Below, in pieces: positions 28,680-32,000 of a DNA stretch of 32,000 nt. How positions within the stretch are numbered: position 1 is the first letter of the stretch; every line of letters starts with the position of its first letter. The notes beneath the pieces were generated by a model that was not told the origin of the DNA, ran no database searches, and was given only the letters and a program-made list of their open reading frames with translations. Origin of the DNA: Candidatus Saccharimonadota bacterium. GTDB lineage: Bacteria; Patescibacteriota; Gracilibacteria; BD1-5; UBA2023. The position numbers and the translations under genes are program-made. Location: contig OY970170.1 of NCBI GenBank assembly GCA_963706795.1, positions 810,001 through 842,000 on the forward strand, given 5' to 3'.

Positions 28680-29123
28680 TTAATTCTCTTGAATGTTTTT
28701 TGAAGTCACCTTGCGCATATCTGCCAAAATAGATGCTGTGACGTCTTGCGGAAGCTCTTCCTTTGCAAAAGGGGAGTAGTTGCCTGTTGGACGAGGATCA
28801 GTAAAAATATGGTCGCAGTATTTAATAGATGCATTTCGTCGTGGAATGAGATGCACATGGAGATGATTCCAGTCATTTCAAAAAATCGCGATATTCTCGC
28901 GGTCAAATGGCGCTACTTGGTTCAGATTCTTCTTCCAATTTGGAATAATGACATCAAAGAGCTCATCTCGTTCGCTTGGCGTCATGTCGGTCGCAAAATC
29001 AGCATCTTCTCTCACGGCTGCTGCATAACAGCGACCAAGATAGGGTGATTGGTTTTGCTGGAGATAGAGATTCCAGTGAGTATAACGCGCAATCAAATAT
29101 GCTTCGTAGGGATCGTTGAACAT
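28680..29123 (-). CDS. HIT (histidine triad) family protein
   Basis: Minus-strand ATG at 29123. Track ORF 28878-29123 continues through TGA 28878-28880 to TAA 28680-28682. The histidine-triad motif is NDWNHLHVHLIPRR (HxHxHxx). Confidence 0.75.
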
Positions 29124-29196
29124 GAATTCTAGACAACAAATATGCTATTTTGAATGTATCCCGAATCCTATTTTTGCATAAAAATTAATCAAAAAA

Positions 29197-29610
29197 CTAC
29201 TTTCTCTCACGTGCTTCTCGTGTAAGCAGTTTGTTAATAGCTATACGTGTAAATTCTTTTGCTTGTTCTTCATGCTCTGGGTTGATTTTGTGTGGTGACA
29301 TTGGAGCAGTGAATTGGCCTCCAACAGATTCAATTAAATCAGTCAAATGCTTTGATCCTACTGTAGTTCATACAAGCCATTGTACCATTCCCGAAATCAG
29401 CTCAGCCTCCCGCGCAGATGTCGTAGCTCCGAGAATATTATCGAGTGCAACGCGAGGTTCACCTTGTCCTCTGAGATAGAGCATCTTGAGCCATCTGTCA
29501 GCAACAGCACGCTCGAGAGAATCTTCTTCTAAAACTCGCGCTTGTGTTTTTCTATTTCAAAGATGCGCAGTGATAGGATAGCCGGATCCTGGCTTATTGG
29601 GGCTAGACAT
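29197..29610 (-). CDS. Hypothetical protein (137 aa)
   Basis: Not in the ORF track. Minus-strand ATG at 29610 to TAG 29197-29199, open with two in-frame TGAs. It starts MSSPNKPGSGYPITAHL-G-NRKTQARVLEEDSLERAV... and ends with the basic tail LLTREARERK. No motif recognised. Confidence 0.45.
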
Positions 29611-29782
29611 ATCGGTTTGTAAAAAAATGCTCCTTTTTGTCAAATCTATGAACTATTTATAGCATTTATGTTGTAAGTGTCAATGTATGAAAAATGGTTT
29701 TTGCGATCAAAAAAACGTATTGAGCTCACTTTGACAACATCGCTTTTTTGGCTACTGTGCGAGCAATAACACCGACAATCTC

Positions 29783-30187
29783 ATGTCCACAATTACTGTT
29801 CAAAATTTCCACGAGCACGAAATTACAAATGCTCTTGGCCTCAGTGTAGAAGCAAGAGAATTACAGCACGTTCTTGATAACACAAAGATGGACGCGCTCT
29901 CTGTGATTACTGGGTACCAAATCCAGTCTTACCGACAAGTAGAGCAAAATACTGAATCTGTACGTGAAGCATTTTCAGAGCAAATTACCCAAATTCTCAA
30001 AGATCAGCCAGGATTAATGGTGGCAAACGAAGAGCTCCAGTCTTCATATCAACGAGCCATTCGTGCTTTGCTCAAGAGCAGTTTTGCGACTGAGCGCAAC
30101 TGGGTGATTCGTCTGCTTTGGAACCAATTTAATGGAGTAAAGCCACCAGAGAAGACACTCTGAAATATCATCATTATGAATCTCTAG
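29783..30187 (+). CDS. Hypothetical protein (134 aa)
   Basis: Track ORF 29783-30163 extended through TGA 30161-30163 to TAG 30185-30187. Predicted to be helical. No motif recognised. Confidence 0.5.
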
Positions 30188-30196
30188 TAGGATTGT

Positions 30197-30616
30197 CTAA
30201 AACTTTACAATCTCTACAAGATCGTGGCAGACTTTTTGCTCAATGCCCGCTGTATCTAAAATCCCAAAAGTTCACACAAAGTGGACTTTATTTTTTTGTG
30301 TGTAACCAGAAGTCACGAGATCAATATTGATTCGGCCGTAGCGCTTGTCGTCATGGTGGTACCAAAAGACGCAGTTTACAATCATCTGCTCGCCAAGCTC
30401 AGTATCTGTGAGTCGTATCTTGATGTTCGTGTTTCCAGGAATCGCAGAATCCACAACAAAATGCTTGGTCTGTATCGCTTCGAATGTTTCTTCGAGTTTG
30501 TCGATAAGCTTTGCAAGTTCTGCCTTAAAATTTCAGGCGAACATGACTTTTGACTTGATGGGCGCGACGCGCATGTCGCCCATATTGAGGGCATATTTGA
30601 GGAGATTTGGCGCCAT
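30197..30616 (-). CDS. Hypothetical protein (139 aa)
   Basis: Minus-strand ATG at 30616. The frame includes track ORF 30272-30454 and passes TGAs at 30533 and 30272 to TAG 30197-30199. The start is uncertain, since the frame is open up to 30706. No confident motif. Confidence 0.45.
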
Positions 30617-30650
30617 TCTTGGTGTAAGATGAGAGAGGTTGAATACTGCT

Positions 30651-31163
30651 TTAAGCCAAGCTTTTAATCCACTTAGTCAGGCCTTCTTCGCTGAGCTCGA
30701 GTCTATTTAAAAAATCCTTGTCCATAATACTGAGTCCTATAACTTTGGAGTGTTTCTCTAAAAAAGAATCATGATCCTGGATAAGCTCGGGAAGTCTTTT
30801 GAGAGATTCGGTGTAGCCTTTTGCTTCATAGAGTTCTCTAAGAAGGGTCTCGCTCAGATCGAGACTGATTACAAATATGCGATAGTTGTGGGGCTCCAGC
30901 CATCATTGCATTTTAGCCCATTCACGATCGACACTGGCATCAAAAATAAAGGACTTTTTGGACTCAATAAGTTCGAGGCAGCGGGCATTTCGCCGAGAAA
31001 TATACTCATCCTCTCTGAATTCACGAAAATCTTCTATAATTTCGGATCGCAGAGCATCGTTATTAAAAATCGGAAGTCCGAATTTGTAGCTCAAATAGGT
31101 TGCAATGGGAGTCTTCGAACTTCCAATGCATCCGGCGAATGTTACGCAGATAGGAGTATTCAT
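30651..31163 (-). CDS. Small P-loop NTPase/kinase-like protein with a deviant Walker A
   Basis: Track ORF 30903-31163 extended through TGA 30903-30905 to TAA 30651-30653. The N-terminus MNTPICVTFAGCIGSSKTPIATYL resembles a Walker A loop, but reads GxxGxSKT rather than GxxxxGK(S/T). There is a later hydrophobic-strand-plus-Asp element (SFIFDAS). Confidence 0.45.
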
Positions 31164-31209
31164 GCATGAGAGCTTACTTTAATGACACTCTTTTTCAAGT
31201 ATCTCAGAA

Positions 31210-32000
31210 CTACCTCACTTCGTATCCCAAATTGCCTCCTATTCTTTCGCGGATATCAAAATACATGGCATTGATTTCTTCATTGGTCAGGGTTCTCTCA
31301 ATGGAACGGAATACGATTTTGATACTGAGAGATTTTTTGTCGGATCAGAATTTTGCGTCGTCTTCGTAAATGTCGGTGATTTTTACTTCTTCGATGAGAT
31401 CATCGCCTATGTCGCGGATTACTCAGGTTATGGCAAAGAAATTGGATTCGGTATCGCGAGTAAGCTCGAATTCTCCGGACTTCTCTTCTTCTTTGGTGTC
31501 TTTTTGAAATTGCGATTTGGGGACAATCATAGAGATTTCTTTGTAGACAGGAGGGAATGAACTGACTTCTTTGTAGGGCTCAAAATTGCCCCATTGTTTG
31601 GTAATGCGTGCGTCTTCGCTCCAGAAAATACGGATGTCTGAGATCTCCTTCATTGCCATTGCGAGCCGCTCGAGTCCAAATCAAAACGCCCAGCCGTTAT
31701 ATTTTGCTGGATCGACGCTGAGCTTTTCGAGGACAGTTGGGTGGATGACGCCTGCTCCAGTGACTTCGAGCCATTTGCCGCGATAGAGAACTTCTACCTC
31801 GAGACTGTCGGTTGTATATGGGAACGAATCTTCATTAAATCGGTATTCGATATTCTCACCAAATAGCGCTTTGATCGTATTTGCAAGAACCTCTTTGAGG
31901 GTCGATCCATCAATGATTTCTTGGTTTTTTTCACAGATACGAAATCCATCAATCTGATGGAAACATTCATGATGACTCTTATCGAGCTCATCAACACGAT
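31210..32000 (-). CDS. pheS: Phenylalanyl-tRNA synthetase, catalytic alpha-type core fused to a C-terminal FDX-ACB-like anticodon-binding domain (N-terminus outside the window)
   Basis: The minus-strand frame is open from the window edge to TAG 31210-31212 with TGAs at 31681, 31423 and 31345. Motifs are HHECFHQIDGF (motif 2 region), FPYTTDSLEVEV...WLEVTGAGVIHPTVL, and GWAF-(TGA 31681-31683)-FGLERLAMAMKEISDIRIFWSEDARITKQW (motif 3). These are followed by SSFPPVYKEISMIVP ... F-G-SDKKSLSIKIVFRSIERTLTNEEI. Confidence 0.85.

Noticed and set aside
30197-30616. Assigning the 139-aa protein to the pyruvoyl S-adenosylmethionine decarboxylase (SpeH) family
   Set aside because: There is only a vague resemblance (VFWYHHDD...INIDLVTSG versus the HTWPE...DVFTCG pattern). 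The self-processing Glu-Ser site and the key Cys are missing.
1-32000. Interpreting the many short same-frame ORF fragments as pseudogenes or a decaying genome
   Set aside because: The interruptions are exclusively TGA, never TAA or TAG or frameshifts. They fall on conserved Gly positions of intact-looking domains. Recoding explains all of them at once.
1-32000. TGA = Trp (code 4, Mycoplasma-type) or TGA = selenocysteine
   Set aside because: TGA aligns with Gly in GQLG, RGD, EGATVPF, GYPxGL, LTEKG and AFGxG motifs, not with Trp positions. The density (about 0.9% of codons, in nearly every gene) is far too high for selenocysteine.
1-32000. Mobile elements, integrases, prophage, CRISPR-Cas, rRNA or tRNA genes
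   Set aside because: I found no transposase, integrase or recombinase motifs, no terminal inverted repeats bracketing a block, no direct-repeat arrays, and no cloverleaf-compatible intergenic sequence. The TGA-free blocks lack visible insertion scars within the window.

Overview
All 32 kb reads as a densely packed bacterial chromosomal segment that uses genetic code 25 (TGA = Gly), the code known from Gracilibacteria (BD1-5) and Absconditabacteria (SR1) in the CPR/Patescibacteria. The supplied standard-code ORF track is therefore fragmented. Almost every run of same-frame ORFs is separated only by TGA, and those TGAs fall on conserved Gly positions. Examples are the GQLG motif of RCC1 repeats, R-G-D in signal peptidase I, E-G-ATVPFIARYRKE in Tex, GYPxGL in HD-GYP, LTEKG in HxlR and AFGxGxERL in PheRS. 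After re-joining the fragments I call about 31 CDS. In order they are: a >1,100-aa RCC1-repeat surface protein (5'-partial); a Cys-rich membrane protein; lepB; a divergent type IV pilin-like cluster; a stand-alone cNMP-binding protein; a GT4 glycosyltransferase; an acyltransferase-3; a bactofilin-like repeat membrane protein; two ECF sigma/membrane-partner pairs flanking tex; a secreted double-Kazal protein; a pirin-azoR-HxlR redox cluster; a 623-aa HEXXH protein; a 928-aa CBM2-CBM2-GH44 glycoside hydrolase; a minus-strand cassette HD-GYP / DUF2809 / unknown / phosphoribosyltransferase-like; a HIT protein; several small unknowns; a deviant P-loop protein; and a 3' portion of a PheRS with mitochondrial-type single-chain architecture. 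I saw no rRNA, tRNA, CRISPR array or mobile element. The observations most worth following up are: (1) two blocks (15440-18508 and 22560-25346) with no in-frame TGA, against about 0.9% TGA codons elsewhere, which suggests recent import from standard-code donors; (2) the single-chain PheRS; (3) the HD-GYP/DUF2809/unknown/PRTase cassette, with an in-frame TAA between its last two ORFs and a hairpin covering a start codon. All homology statements come from motif recognition by eye, not from database searches.
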